From Guillardia theta CCMP2712 (taxonomy: Eukaryota; Protista; Cryptophyta), in NCBI RefSeq assembly GCF_000315625.1, contig NW_005434658.1:711139-775138 (forward strand): a stretch of DNA of 64,000 nucleotides, written 5' to 3'. This document shows positions 23,913-36,689 of the stretch, piece by piece. The notes under the pieces are model-generated. The model was not told where the DNA came from. It made no database searches and saw only the letters and a list, made by a program, of their open reading frames with translations. The number at the start of each line of letters is the position of its first letter. The first letter of the stretch is position 1. The translations under genes were made by a program, and so were the position numbers.

Positions 23913-25402
23913 ATGGCCACTAGCAAAGAAGCTCAACCTCAAAACGGCGCTCAAGATGCTAAGAATGCCGCTACCAAGAAACTTGAAGGCGAGGAACTGA
24001 AGGAAGCGATTAAGAAGCAAGTTGAATATTATTTTTCACGGGAGAATCTCTGCCAGGACACGTTTTTGGTCAGCAAAATGGACGCGCACTATTTTGTTGA
24101 TCTTGCAGTCATTGCAGATTTTCAGAAGGTGAAGCACTTGACGGAGGACAGCGCCTTGATTCTTGAATCGGTTAAGGACTCCGACAAGGTTGTTGTAGAT
24201 ACTGGAAAGCAGAAGATCAAGCCTGTTGCCCTGAACGCGAGGACAACACTTATCCTGCGTAACATTCCCACCTCGGCCTCTGAGGATGCAGTTCGTGCTT
24301 TGATCACTGGTGACAAATGGCCGAAGATTGTGAACGTGAGGTCTGATGTCGGCGATAACTGGTTTGTTTCGTATGAGACTGAGGAATGCACCAAGTCTGC
24401 GCTCGAACTCGCCAAGGGTTTGAAATGGGAGGGCAAATCGATTTCATGCGCGATCAAGAGCGAGAGCTTGCTTAAGAGCCTTGCTCCTGGATCGCCTCCC
24501 AAGGTGAAAATCCAATACATGATACCATCTGCGTTGACGGGTCGAACTCTGTCAGGGGGGAGTGCCTAATGTGTATTATGGGCCGACTTACGTCAACTCA
24601 AACGGAGCTTATTTTCCTTACCCTCAGGATCAGGGATTTATGCGTCAGGGACGTGGTAAGGACGATGCCAGAGCTTTGTTCAGGAGTAACAAAGGTTGCT
24701 CAGATGGAGTTGATGGGAACGGAAGGAACGGTGGTAAGAGGAACAAGGGCAAGGGTCGTAACAATAAGCATCAACGTAAGATTGGTTTTGGGTTGCTCCC
24801 TAGCGTCCTAACAAGAACAAGCAGAAGGAAGGGAAGGCCATAACCAAACTGAGAAGAAGGAGCTTGCACAGCAAGCGCCCATCAATCTTGCTGATTTCCC
24901 TAAGCTCGAGGGCTCATCGAAGAAGGCGACCGGTTACAGGTGCGCTGTTTTTGTCAGGAAATGTATTTTTCTGACATGTTGGTGTTCGCAGCAAACCTTA
25001 TAAATCTTACAGCAAGGACGAGATCGTTGACATAATCCGTGATACCAAAGTCGATGGGGCCATCAAGGATAAGGAGTCTCCATTCCTCGAGACTCGCGAC
25101 CTGAAGATGGAGTGCGACAAGACCGCTGATGACTTCAACAACCAGACCAAGCATGCTGAAACAAGAATGGACATAACGAGGCATCCAACAATACTGTTCC
25201 ATCCAATGACAAGACTGAGAGCAAGGACAAGTCTCCCCCACCAAAGGCGACTCCCAAGGAGGCCCCAGCCGTGAAACCTGCCAACGGAGACGCTCCGGCT
25301 CCTGCGCCAGCTCCTGCTGCTCCAGCTCCTGCTCAGCCCAAGAAGCTTTCTTATGCACAGATGGCAAATGGGAACCGTCCAGCTGCTGAGGCTTCGACCT
25401 AA
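23913..25402 (+). CDS. La-related protein (La motif + RRM), LARP4-like
   Basis: IKKQVEYYFSRENLCQDTFLVSKMD (La motif), TTLILRNIP...NWFVSYETEE (RRM), and short motifs ADFPKL and KLSYAQMA in the tail. Several short introns. Stop at 25400-25402. Confidence 0.9.
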
Positions 25403-25914
25403 ACACACAGTCAGGCTCAGATGTCTCTAGGTTTAGTGTGGTCGTTACTGAACTGGAGTATATGAGTGAGCGGATTCACAGGATCGTCAAACATGTGCTA
25501 TATGACCAGAAAATCTTATCTCAAAATCTCAGAAAAAAACAAAAACAAATGGAAACAGGAGTTTGTTGATGGTACTAAAGCTGGGCTGGATCCTCGGCAG
25601 GTATAACTAACAAGGATCGTTGGCTCTCAAGAAATTGCTGACCTGAGCGGGCTTAACTGGATGGAGCATGGCTGTTGCAGTGATTTTCTGTGGAAAGATT
25701 ATCACAATATTTTTCGTTGCATGGATTGATTTGATGCGGAGGTTGTGAAAAGAAACGATCGTGTTGCAATTGTTTTCTTTCGACGACTATTGGAATGGTG
25801 ATCGTCTTTCAATCTGTCAAATTGATACGTCTAGGGGTGTTCTCTAGGTCTTTCAGAATTGTTTATCATCGTTTATTACATTGCTGATTTGTTCGTATCT
25901 GGTTGTGATGAAAC

Positions 25915-26530
25915 TTCCGGCGAGTGACCGTTCTGACGCTGACGGAACTTCGGAAGTGTCCAGTAATATTCAGTGACGACGGTCATCACTCACTCCCAAC
26001 CGTTAGATTTCTCTGTCCATACGATTCCGACACTGCTTCCGTGTCACTGACGCAGCCCTGTGACCCGGTAGCGCTGCTTGCGCTTCCAAGTTCCAGACCG
26101 TGCCACAGAGTCAGACCGTACCGTGACTTCCGAGCGAGTTCGGGCCCCGGGCCGGCCCGGGCCCGGGCCTCGGCAGTGCCGGCAACGAGTCTGAGTGAAA
26201 CTCGGCCAGGAGTCTCCTCGATGTTTCACCGGGGCCTCATGTAAGCGGACTGGGGGCCGATAAACCACTACCCTACCCCCCCATTTTCTCATCCCTTACC
26301 CCCTCTATTTACAGGACATGTACCTGACCGATCCACACGGTACCCCCTTGCTGGAAGCTTTTCTCATGGCTGTCAAGTAAGACTATTTCATAAGTCCAGC
26401 AATAGGAAAAACGAGGAGGTGTAGCACACCACCTTTCAAACATGGTCCTATCACCTCCTTTTCAGGTACATACGACCCCCTACCCCTGTTGGAACCTTGT
26501 TCACCCCTAGGAAAGGATTCGCTACCCTGC
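25915..26530. promoter_or_regulatory. Intergenic CCGG/GGCC-rich island 4 followed by TACCCC tract
   Basis: GTCACTGAC, ACCGTACCGTGAC, GGCCCCGGGCCGGCCCGGGCCCGGGCC, then ACTACCCTACCCC-type motifs from about 26265. Confidence 0.5.
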
Positions 26531-26752
26531 CCGCCCCTTTTCCTGCTCCTCTTGTGCCGTCCTCCGTTCGTGACTTTCCGTCCCATCCCCAAGACCCTCC
26601 CTTCTCTTATTGTTGACCTCCTCCTCATCTCTCCTCCTCTCTCCTCCTCCCTCCTCCCTCTTCCACCTCCTCCTCTGGCTGAACTTGATCCTGCTGAATT
26701 TATCCACCATATTCTGTTCTGAGCGAAATCTTGTCCATCGTTTTTTGTCACC

Positions 26753-28059
26753 ATGTTTGCCTGGAACACAAACAAGCTTTCACAGAGGGCATTTCTTGCC
26801 TGCCGTGGCCTCGTCAAACACCAGATGTGCTTGTCGCAAGTCCGTTTGATGTCATCAAAACCAGAGATCAAAAACGATTGGACGTAATACCCCTCCAAAG
26901 CTTCTCTGTTTTTAGGACTAACTTTGGTTACAGGAAGGAGGAAGTTGCTGAGATCTACAATCGTCCCCTGATCAATTTGATTTTTGACGCTGCTTCAGTG
27001 CATAGGAAGTTTCACAACCCCCGTGAGGTGCAGCAGGCCACGCTTCTCTCGATCAAGACAGGAGGTTGCATCGAGACATGCTCCTATTGCAGTCAGAGCA
27101 GCAGCTGGAGCAAAGACACCAAGATGAAGGCAGAGAAGCTTCTCGAGCTCGATGACGTGTTTCAGGCTGCCCTCGATGCCAAGGCAGCAGGAAGCTCTCG
27201 TTTCTGCATGGGGGCTGCATGGAGAGGCCCCTCGCAAGTTGGGCCGAAGCAGTTTGAGCGCGTGCTGGACATGGTATCCAAAGTTCGGTCTCTTGGAATG
27301 GAGGTTTGCACCACTCTCGGGATGCTGACGGAGGATCAAGCGAAGCAGCTGAAGCATGCAGGCCTGAGCTGCTACAATCACAACCTCGATACGAGTAGGG
27401 AGTACTACTCCGAGATCACCAGCTCCAGAACTTACGATGACCGCCTCGACACTCTCCAGAAGGTCAGAGACGCTGGCATTAGTGTCTGCAGCGGAGGAAT
27501 CATTGGCATGGGAGAGAAGGAGCTGGACAGAGTCGGCTTGCTCCACATGCTTGCTACTCTTCCAGAGCACCCCGAGTCAGTTCCCATCAACGCCCTTGTG
27601 CCGGTTGAAGGAACTCCGCTGGCCAAGAAAGACATTAAAGGACCAACGGGTTTGGAGATGGTCAGGTGTGTTGCCACCGCCAGGATCATCATGCCCAAGT
27701 CCATGGTCAGGCTGTCAGCAGGGAGGATGGACCTTTCCATCGCTGAGCAAGCACTCTGCTTCATGGCTGGAGCAAATAGCATCTTTGCAGGAGACAAGTT
27801 GCTCACTACCCCCAACGCCGAGAGGTTAGAAATGCGATCACCGATGTCCTCTAGTTGCCTTACTCGTTCCAGGGATTCTGATGCTGAGATGTTCACGGCA
27901 CTGGGCCTCTTGAACAAGCCAGCCTTCAATGGCGAGGAGGAACCCTTTGAGATTCCTCCCACTCGTGAAGAGTCGATCAGGAGGAGAGAGGAATGGCAAG
28001 CTCTAAAGAATGTGTCGGCCTCAGGCAAAGGATGTGAGGCCATTAAGACATCGGCATAA
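26753..28059 (+). CDS. bioB: Biotin synthase (radical SAM) with mitochondrial-type presequence
   Basis: [19 protein letters not shown] (CxxxCxxC), [55 protein letters not shown]. Intron 26884-26933 restores NDWT|KEEV. A second in-frame intron lies at about 27825-27872. Confidence 0.97.
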
Positions 28060-28278
28060 GGAGCTTGGGCCAATTCCTCATGTGTTTAATTTGCAACGTG
28101 GAGAGTGAGTACCCGACATCATAATCTTGGGTCTCCCTACCTGTATTGAGATGTTGTCCAGACAGAAAGAAATACAAGTGTGCGATGGTTCTGTTTTCGG
28201 GGAATTCACGCGATTATCAAATTATTCAAAGAATTCGGGTACATGAAGAACGAAAAATGTCCAACAAGCACATGAGCA

Positions 28279-29027
28279 TTACGACTTGTTGATGTTCTTT
28301 ACAAGCCACTCCATGCCTCCCTGCAGCCCCTCACCGGTCTTGGCAGAGCATGGCTGGATGTGCCAAGCACGATCCCTGATGTTGGTGAGGCCGAGAACCT
28401 CAGTCACCTGGCAACAAATTCAGTCGCACAGTCAAAAATCATTCGGCCATGGACACACCTCATCTGGTCCCATTGCGTTCATCAAGTCCTGCTTGTTCGC
28501 AAAAATGAGCAGGGGAACACCAGCGAGCTTCTCCTCATCCAAGAGCTGGTTGAGCTCAACACCCGTCTCGTCCATTCTTCTGTGGTCAGAGCAATCGATA
28601 ACGAAGACCTGCACTAGTATTAGACATACGATGGCTCACCAGCCTGATTTCCATACCAGTGCATCAGTCTGATCGAAATAATTCCTCCAGTAAGGACGAA
28701 TGGTCTTCTGACCTGATAACCGCCATTGGTCAGACTGAACGTGGTCAAAATGAAGCTATCTCAGTGCAGACAGGCAAATCAAGCAATGAGATGGCAAATC
28801 AAAGTAATGAGATGAAGAATACCTCCAATATCCCAAACATTCAACTTAAATCCCTCATGGATAACAGACTTGATGTTGAAGCCCTGGGTTGGCATGGTGT
28901 GGGTGATATCCTCGTCGGCTAGCTTCTTGAGTGCCGTGGTCTTTCCCGCATTATCCAGACCAAGGACAAGAATGCGGAACTCCTTTTCCGACTTCTTTAG
29001 CTTCCTAAGCAACGTGAGAAGACCCAT
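28279..29027 (-). CDS. ARL3: ADP-ribosylation factor-like GTPase 3
   Basis: [64 protein letters not shown]. Short introns. Confidence 0.95.
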
Positions 29028-29269
29028 TCTGTGCTATGTAAGTTGGGAACGTAAAACTGTTGGTGTTCTCCCTTAGGTCGATCTGACACAAGCAAGTACG
29101 CGAGCAGCGAACTTGAATAAGGGGGAGCGAGGAGGAAATGTCACGGGAGACTGTGGGAAGGACAGCAAGGGGGAAGGGAGGGAGGGGGAAGCAGGAACGG
29201 TAACAAAGGGGAAAGAGAGGACAGGGCAGCAAAAGCTGCGGCGGCGATGCGATTTGAATTGAGAGGGGG

Positions 29270-29870
29270 TAGTTCAACTAGAATGAAGGGGTACTTGTAC
29301 CAAGGGGTAGCGTATGTGGCAAGCCGAGGATCTGGGGTGGGTCATTCTTATGCCTTGGGTGTGCCGGGAAAGGTGGGTAAAGTTCGGTCATGGCAGGGGT
29401 CATGAGAGTACGGGTAGTGTTCCCTGTGGATGAGAGGGAGGGGTATAGGCAAGTCAAATGCCCCACCAGGGGTGCTTGCGGGGGTGGTAGCGATTATTCG
29501 TTGGCGGTTGATCAGGGACTAATCAGAGGGGTAGGGTAGTCTGTAGCAAGGGGTGGACACCTCCTCAAGGGGTGGTTGACGTCAGGTAGGGGTAGATGAC
29601 CCTCGGATTTGACTTGTCGGTTTTAAAGTGCTTGCATGAGAAGGAGAAATAGGGGGTGGGGTAGGACATTGAATAAAAGTTCTTGGTAGACCAGAGGGGT
29701 TCAATTATCATTCGTAACAAAAAGATCTCTAGGGTAGGTACATTCGAGGCTGGCCAGGGGTACATGTGAGTCACTGGGGGTATAGTACCCTACCCCTCCG
29801 TTAAAGTTCAAAGAATCCAACGCTTTCATCCAGACCACTGTACCCACCCCTACCTCCTAGCCTCCCGACC
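29270..29870. repeat. GGGGTA-rich tract switching to TACCCC at about 29784, between divergent genes
   Basis: Many GGGGTAG motifs, then GGGTA-TAG-TACCC and TACCCC motifs. Confidence 0.65.
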
Positions 29871-30438
29871 ATCGAGCGCTCTGGGTCCAATTTGTGCAGA
29901 AAGAATAATCGTCTCAGATTTTCAAAATCTGTACAACATTTTCATTTGATACCAATGTACAGAACTTTATAAAGGTTTTGTTAAGATTGTACCAGAACAC
30001 TATAATTTTTTTTCAAGTCTTAGATAATAAATGTTTGTACCAATATGTCGATTATAATCAAAATAAAAAATCAGAATATTTCCAGCATATTCAATTGTAT
30101 TCGAAGAAAATTGAACTCTTGACAAATACTTTGAAATGGAACAAGAGTCCCGATATAGAACGGGCGGCGCAGTATGGCGGAGGGGGCGAGTGCCTTGAAA
30201 GAGGTAAAGAGCGCATGAGCATTGAGTCATCATAGAAGTCTCGGCTCAACTCGTCATTGTGATCGTTCTGTACATAATCGTCATGTTTCTGATGTTTGTT
30301 GTGCTTTGACTCTCAACGACTGCTTCTCTTGGTTCCGCTCTGCCTCTACTTCTCGTTTTCACCATCTTGGGCTGCTTTATGGAGCGCGTCATCGAGAGCA
30401 ATTTGGTGGTGCTGACGCATGATTTGATCTAGGGGAGT

Positions 30439-31940
30439 ATGGCGAAGGGGTTTTGGCACAGAGCAATGAAAACCTGGACACTCCTGTCTGCGTTGGTCCT
30501 TATTGTTGGGTGCATTGCGCTTTCAACACGGGGAATCGACATGAGAACGAAAGAGGTTCTTGTGATTGTTGATTACGATCTGGTTTCTGCTGAGTTTGAA
30601 GCTTGCAGGACAAGCTTAGCCTTCTTCAGTCTTCGCGCATTGATCAAATGCTCATGGATTTGTCAGCAGTGACCAAAGAAAGCAGCGACGATGTGAAATC
30701 GATGAAGGAGAAGATAAAGCAATTGAGGAAACAAGCAGAGGACGAGAGATCCAAAGCGGCAAATTGGGACAAGACTGTACGAAAGCAGGAGACTGGCCTG
30801 AAGAAGAAACTGGAGAAAGCCAAAGATGATGAGTTGCTTTCGTCACAAGATGAAGACTTGGCTCAAGAAGATGTTGAAAGAGCCTCAAAGATGAGGAAGC
30901 GAGCGCAGAGGCTCAAGGATGAAAGTGATGCCGCGCGTCGCAAATTTGTTGCACAAGAACATCCGATCGAGATGGCTACGAAGCTGGCAGGACATGATCA
31001 TAAGGAGTATAGAAGGGCTGAGTTGGCTGTGGCTAGCGAGGTAGCAAAACTCTCGGAACACCCGAATGACTCTGCGCTGCGAAAGAAAGTTGACCATCTT
31101 GTGAGCATTTCAAAGAAAGCGAAGGCAAGAATGGAAGATGATGGCAAACTCCTGAAGAAGCTGGAGAGCAAAACAGCTGACGCTGAGCTTGGAGGGCAAC
31201 GAGGTTATGCACACTTGAGAGCGAAGAGTGTGGAGATTGCCAAGCAGGCCGAATCTGTCGCTGAAAATGCTGTCTCTTTGGCAAAGCGAGGAGAAAAACT
31301 CAAAGCTGCAGCAAACAAGATCACTGAGAAGGTTGTGAAGGATCTCAAGGTCCCCGATGCTCTCCACCTTCGTGCGCAAAAAGAGCGAAAGGCGTATAAA
31401 GCGCATATGCTTTTGATCCGTCGTTTGCAAGCCAAAATTGACAAGTACAGCAATGACATGGACAAAAAGAAGAGTCACACTGCAGAGGAGTCTTCAGATG
31501 AGAAATATGATGAAGAGCGAACTGAGTTGGAGAAGATCGCAAACGGATCAAGCGACTCGAAGAAGAGGAAATCTCAAGGTCACTCTTCGGAAGTGGAGCA
31601 GCTGGTTGCGGCAAAAGACAGCTATGACCAACTGGAGGAGTTGGAATTGAAGAAGGAGAAGGCTAAACTGCGGATGGAAAGGGAGCACTCATCATCGCAA
31701 AGCTCGCATTCTTCTTTCTCAAGGTCAGTAATTTGTGAATATCTCCTTTTGACATCACATCTGATGCGTTTTGATACCAGTGAGACGGAAAGTGCACTAG
31801 CAAAGAAAGATCATCTGCTGAACAAAACTGCTATCTCCTCGCCCATTCCTCCATCCCTTCTCTTCACACTCACTCAGCATCTCCATCTCGATTTTCTCCC
31901 TGCCAACAAAAGTCCATGGGATACACAACGGACAATCTAA
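30439..31940 (+). CDS. Signal-anchored K/E/A-rich coiled-coil protein of unknown function
   Basis: Exon 1 encodes the hydrophobic anchor WTLLSALVLIVGCIALS. A short intron leads to a long charged helical exon. Predicted last intron 31724-31912. Confidence 0.75.
31754..31901 (+). repeat. 148-bp dispersed intronic element, copy 2
   Basis: 144/148 identical to 17477-17624. Confidence 0.95.
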
Positions 31941-32128
31941 TGGGAATATCTGTATATTTTTTCTACTTTGTTTTGGCAACTGCCGGGGCTTTACACTGAC
32001 GGCATCGCTACGGTGTCAAGATGGTAACTTTGTTTTGAATTCCAACATGTTTCATAGAATTCTCTGTATTAAAGTGTCTAACATGCGTGTGTCGACGATG
32101 TGGGCGTCTTTGTGTGCGGGGTACATCT

Positions 32129-32852
32129 CTAGTCCGATCTCTTCGATACTTCAAAGATGTACTCGAACGTAGCCTGGTGCATCATACCCTCGAATGTCTC
32201 AGGGAGTTCATCGTAAATATGACCTGCCGTCTCCCTCAGCAGGAACAGGATGCAGTACTGATAACTCCACCTGGTATTCCCCGCATGCGGGCGAAGGGAG
32301 GGACTACAGTATCGGGAGGGATCACAGTCCCGTCGTCGATTTTGCAGCAGTCGCTAAGGATCGCTCTCTTTCCCTAACACCAACCATCAGTATCCGCTTC
32401 TTGACTGAACGAACCTTACAATGATGCAGTTAGCACCGATGTCAACACAGGAACCAACCTTCAAGGCCTCCACGACGCTACCTCGCCCGATGCTAGTGTT
32501 GTTTCCTATCGTCATCGGGAAGAAGCTCGAGCCTCTTGCATTCCATATCAGCCAAGGCCCAGCCATGAGCAGGACATGTCCTTACGATTTCGATTTCTTG
32601 AAGGACGGTCGGAGGACAGCATGTGGCTTGATGACGCAGTGACGGCCGATCTTGATCTTCGCCATGTCTCCCCTCAGGATAGTGTCCGATTCTATTACAG
32701 TCTGAAAGAGAAATATCACCTATTGCTCGTTGAGCGCACAGCACAACCTTTGCTCCTAGACTGATGTTGTGAGCTCCATACAAAAATGCTCCAACGCTGA
32801 ACTTTGTCCCTTGGGATCCTTGTAAGTACTCGGAATCCTTTTCTCCTTGCAT
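32129..32852 (-). CDS. DCTN5: Dynactin subunit 5 (p25), left-handed beta-helix
   Basis: Spliced translation gives [12 protein letters not shown]|[84 protein letters not shown]. Confidence 0.92.
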
Positions 32853-33049
32853 CGTTGGCTGTTTTCAGGTTCTGCTTATCTATGGTATATGGGCCATCCT
32901 CTTGTTCACTAGTCACAAACGTCAGAAACAATCAATACCAAGTGCTCAAACTAGCACAACCCCCATCTTCTCCTCCCACATCCCTGGCGCAACAGCTCCT
33001 TCCTACTTCGCTGCTAGTCTCTACGTGCACCCTGCCATTCCTTGACTAC

Positions 33050-33850
33050 GATGAGGCGGGCCCGACACGGGATCCTGATCATCGGACCGTAGCTGAGCGG
33101 CGCGGCCCGCGGCCGGCCGGGCGGCCGGGTAGTAGCCTACTAGGCCCTCAGCTAGTACGCCGGGCCGGTCACCGGGTTTGATCAGGCTCCCGGAGTGACG
33201 GTCACGGTCCCGGAGACGGTCACAGGCTGGGCATCGGCGGACGGACTCCGGGCCGAGTCACGCTGAGTCGCCGCGGGGTCGCCGCACTGGCGCGCCCCGG
33301 CCGCGGGGCCCGGCCTGGCTGCCGGCGGCGGTGAACGGTAATAAGTAATAAACCGTTGGCCGCTTTCAATCAAGTTTGCCCCCCGGCCGGCCGCGGGGCC
33401 CCGGAGAGTCTCGGAGACGGACTCTGGCACGCCGTCCGAACACTGGGCTTCCAAAACTTAGCCCGCCGCCGGGCTCACGACCGTCGGACTCAGTAGCCGC
33501 TGGCCGCGGCCTTCCGACGTTCAAGCCAAGTTGCCAACTTCCGAAGTTTAGCAGTGCCAGTTGTGGCATAAGTCACAGTGATGGCCCGGCTGACTCAGCG
33601 TGAGTCGCTCGCCGCGGTGGCGGAGGAGGTGACCCACGTGAAATCACGGTTGAATCCGGTGGCAGTCCGATTCTGGGAAGCAAGTTCACACTCGGACGGG
33701 AGTAGTCCAGTCCGGAGCTCAGCGTCTCAGCCGCGAGCCGCTCAAGTGGAATACAAGTTCATATCCATGGCATCATCTGGTGACGCAACTGCAGTTTGAC
33801 AATCGTGAACGGTCGGGTGTATGAACAACCGTGATCATCCGATGATCTAG
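33050..33850. promoter_or_regulatory. Intergenic CCGG/GGCC-rich island 5 (the largest)
   Basis: GATCATCGG, GGCCCGCGGCCGGCCGGGCGGCCGGG, GAGTCAC, TGACTCAG, repeated AAGTT, and GATCATCCGATGATC. Confidence 0.5.
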
Positions 33851-34644
33851 CCTTGAGAGTGCTTCTCTCGTTTCTCTATCGACGAATTGTGTGGATGCGC
33901 CTCAGTCGTGCTCCCGGGTTGCACCATCGTCCTCGTCGATGTGAAGGACATGGCAGGATGCACCGATGAGCGCAAAGGGCTCTCGTCACCGAGCAAGAAT
34001 TCCTCTTCCTGCACGACAACACGTGACTCACATTCACCTCCTTGCAATGTCATGCCGCAGACCTTCAGCCTTCGAAGCTGTTTGTTCAGCTCAGTAGCTA
34101 CACGTCGCAAGGCCTGTTTGAACGAGAGAGCTGGAGATTACAAGATTTGCTTACACAATGCAGGGAGACGGGGAGGGGAGGGGAGAAGGGCAAGTGGGGA
34201 AGGGGAGAACGAGGACAGATAGAGAGGAGGGAGGAGAACGAGGAGAGAGAGAGAACGCACGAGACAGAAGAGAGAAAGGAGGGAGGGGAGAGCAAGGAGA
34301 GGAGGAGGGAGAAGGGAGCAACTGCAGCACAGCTCACATGATCTGTATTCTTGATTCTCTTGCGCGCTTTCTTGAGGCTCCTCAGAGCCATGGAAGCTTG
34401 AGGAGAGTCAGAAACATCGCAAGCATCCACCTCACGCACCACTCTGCCGTTGCTCATTGTACGTCTTGGTCGTATTCGGCTCAGTCTCGCACCACGTGAT
34501 ATCCGACGGCCAGTCTCGCAACAGCTGGCGGCATTCTGTGGATATGGACAAATCTGCTGCTGCACATGGCATTTCCGGTCCATCACACGTGGATCGCATG
34601 CGCCGGTTGGTCTCCTCACCCTCCGCGCTCATCTTGGATGCCAC
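33847..34644 (-). CDS. Possible hypothetical protein, multi-exon
   Basis: Coding-like segments (MASKMSAEGEE.., LRSLKKARKRIK) separated by a typical microsatellite-rich intron. No family recognised. Confidence 0.3.
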
Positions 34645-34996
34645 AGCCCCGTAACATCATGGTACATCATCTTGACTTCCTCCCCACCTCCTCTCCTCTC
34701 CCTCTTACTCCTTCACTTCGCTACTTCTCTCCTCTTACTCCTCCATTTCGCCGCCTTTCTCTCTTCAAACCTCCCTTCCTCGTCCCACTATCTGTCTCTC
34801 TCTTCCTAGACTCCCTGTCTCCTACTCACCTTCCCCCCTCCATTTCCGAGCCCAAGTTGCCCTTCACACCTGCTCTACACCCTTCCGTCTCTTCTGTTCA
34901 CAGGACTTGAAATTCTTTAAAAAACGAAAGTTTGAAAGTTTCCTCCTTGTTCAAACTTTGTTTTTTTGGACTTTCAAACTTCTAGCTATTCATGCG

Positions 34997-36073
34997 ATGG
35001 AGGCGCTCAGGTGCGGAAGCCGAGAGAGGGAGAGGAGGAACGAGTTGGCTGCTGCAGCACGAACATCTGATGCTATTGAATGACAATGGCAGGGATGGGC
35101 AGGGAGAATGCAGATGAGGGAGAGGCGGGCAGAGGAGAATGGAGGAATGCAGGGGAGGGAGAGGAGAGCAGGGCGAGAAGAGAGCAGAGAGGAGTAGAGG
35201 AGTGGGGAATAGAGCAGAGCAGAGGAGAGAGGGGAGGGCAGAGCAGATAGACGTAGAGGGGAAAAGAGGAGGGCAGAGAAGGGAGAGGTCATAGGCAGGA
35301 GCACGAACATCATCTTCAGCAAAATCCAGCCTTATGTTGAAGTAGAAACCTCGAATAGATGATAATAAGAGTTAAGGAAGATATGAACTGTTCGAACATG
35401 GCCAGTCACGACCTTGTCCTCAGGTGCCTTCTGTATGGTAGCTGGTTGCCGCATCACCCCAAAGGAGTCCTTGACCTCGTGAGGACAAGAAGGTGTGGGC
35501 TGAGACGTGCTGACTTGCTTTTGACCCGTCATCAACTGCAGGCATGGAAACTACAGGCATAAAGGGAAAGAGGACACCGCTGAATGGACAGGCTCTTACA
35601 TATTCTGCAACGGGTGGGAGTACTCAAACTCGGCGGATCCGCGATTCTTCTATCCTGTGATCCCCTTCAGGACAGCCTCTGATCTCTGTTTCCAACTCTG
35701 CCTTGCAGGTCGTGATAAGGATGAGGGAACAAGGGCTTGCCCAATGGTTTGATGACTCTTGCCGGGCTCAGAACATCAATTATGCGGTCACTCCCTAGCC
35801 TCCCTCCCGTGACTGTTTCTTCATATTCCTACCCCAATCCCATCACCCTCTTTCCTCCTGTGCTGTACTCGTCCGTCCCTTCCTCCACCACAATTACGCC
35901 TTCCCGCTCAATTTCTAATCTTCTGCTGCTATCCTGTCTATCTCAACCTTTCACTTGTGTAGGTGGAGAGTGAGGGAAGGGAGGAGGATGAGGTGAACAA
36001 ACAATCTTGACAGAGCCTGATCGTAATGCTACAGATTGTGATCATCGCTCTCCTCTTCTTGTACCAAATGTGA
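34997..36073 (+). CDS. Possible small multi-exon protein with C-terminal hydrophobic helix
   Basis: Series of GT/AG-bounded short exons. The last reads SLIVMLQIVIIALLFLYQM*. Reading frame uncertain. Confidence 0.3.
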
Positions 36074-36689
36074 GAGCTGTGTGTGGTCGTTGCACGAAAT
36101 GATTTTTGCTTGTAGGGGATTTGAGCTTGCAGCTTTCAGCTCTATGATAGCGTGAGACACTTTTGCATGCCCTTGATGTTCATAACAGAGATTCATCAGG
36201 CTTTGGCTGCTGAGCCTTCTACCATGAAATGATGTGGTCGTCGTTCTATTTTTTCAAGATCTCTCTTTAAATCGAAGTGTGAAATAGCTTATCTTTCCCT
36301 GAGATCGAGATAACATCAAGACATGAATCTGCAATTCGGCTTTGAAGCCTCTTCGCACCGCCGTACAGTCATCAGCAATTTTAGTCCTTTCCAAGTCGCT
36401 CTCAGTTACTCTGCCCAGTCTCATGCACGTCCGATGCAGCCGGTCACTCATTCTTCTGACCAATCGCAGCTTCCAGTCTTGCAATGCTGATGGCAAACTG
36501 TCATGGAAAAGTCCCTGAAGCTGCTAAGGACCATGATTTACACGTAATGGGCCCATTTGTATTGCTGATCCGACTATTGCCCGTTGTCTGCATGTAGCAA
36601 CAGACTTTTTTTGTCCATTTCTTCTTGTAGTTCAGTGTTCACATAAGTGTTTTATAAGTCAAGCAGGCTGGTTGGCTGTTTGAGAATCC

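Noticed and set aside
29978-30235. AT-rich ORF suggesting an organelle- or nucleomorph-derived insertion
   Set aside because: No recognisable protein similarity and no ATG start. It looks like the other intergenic AT patches.
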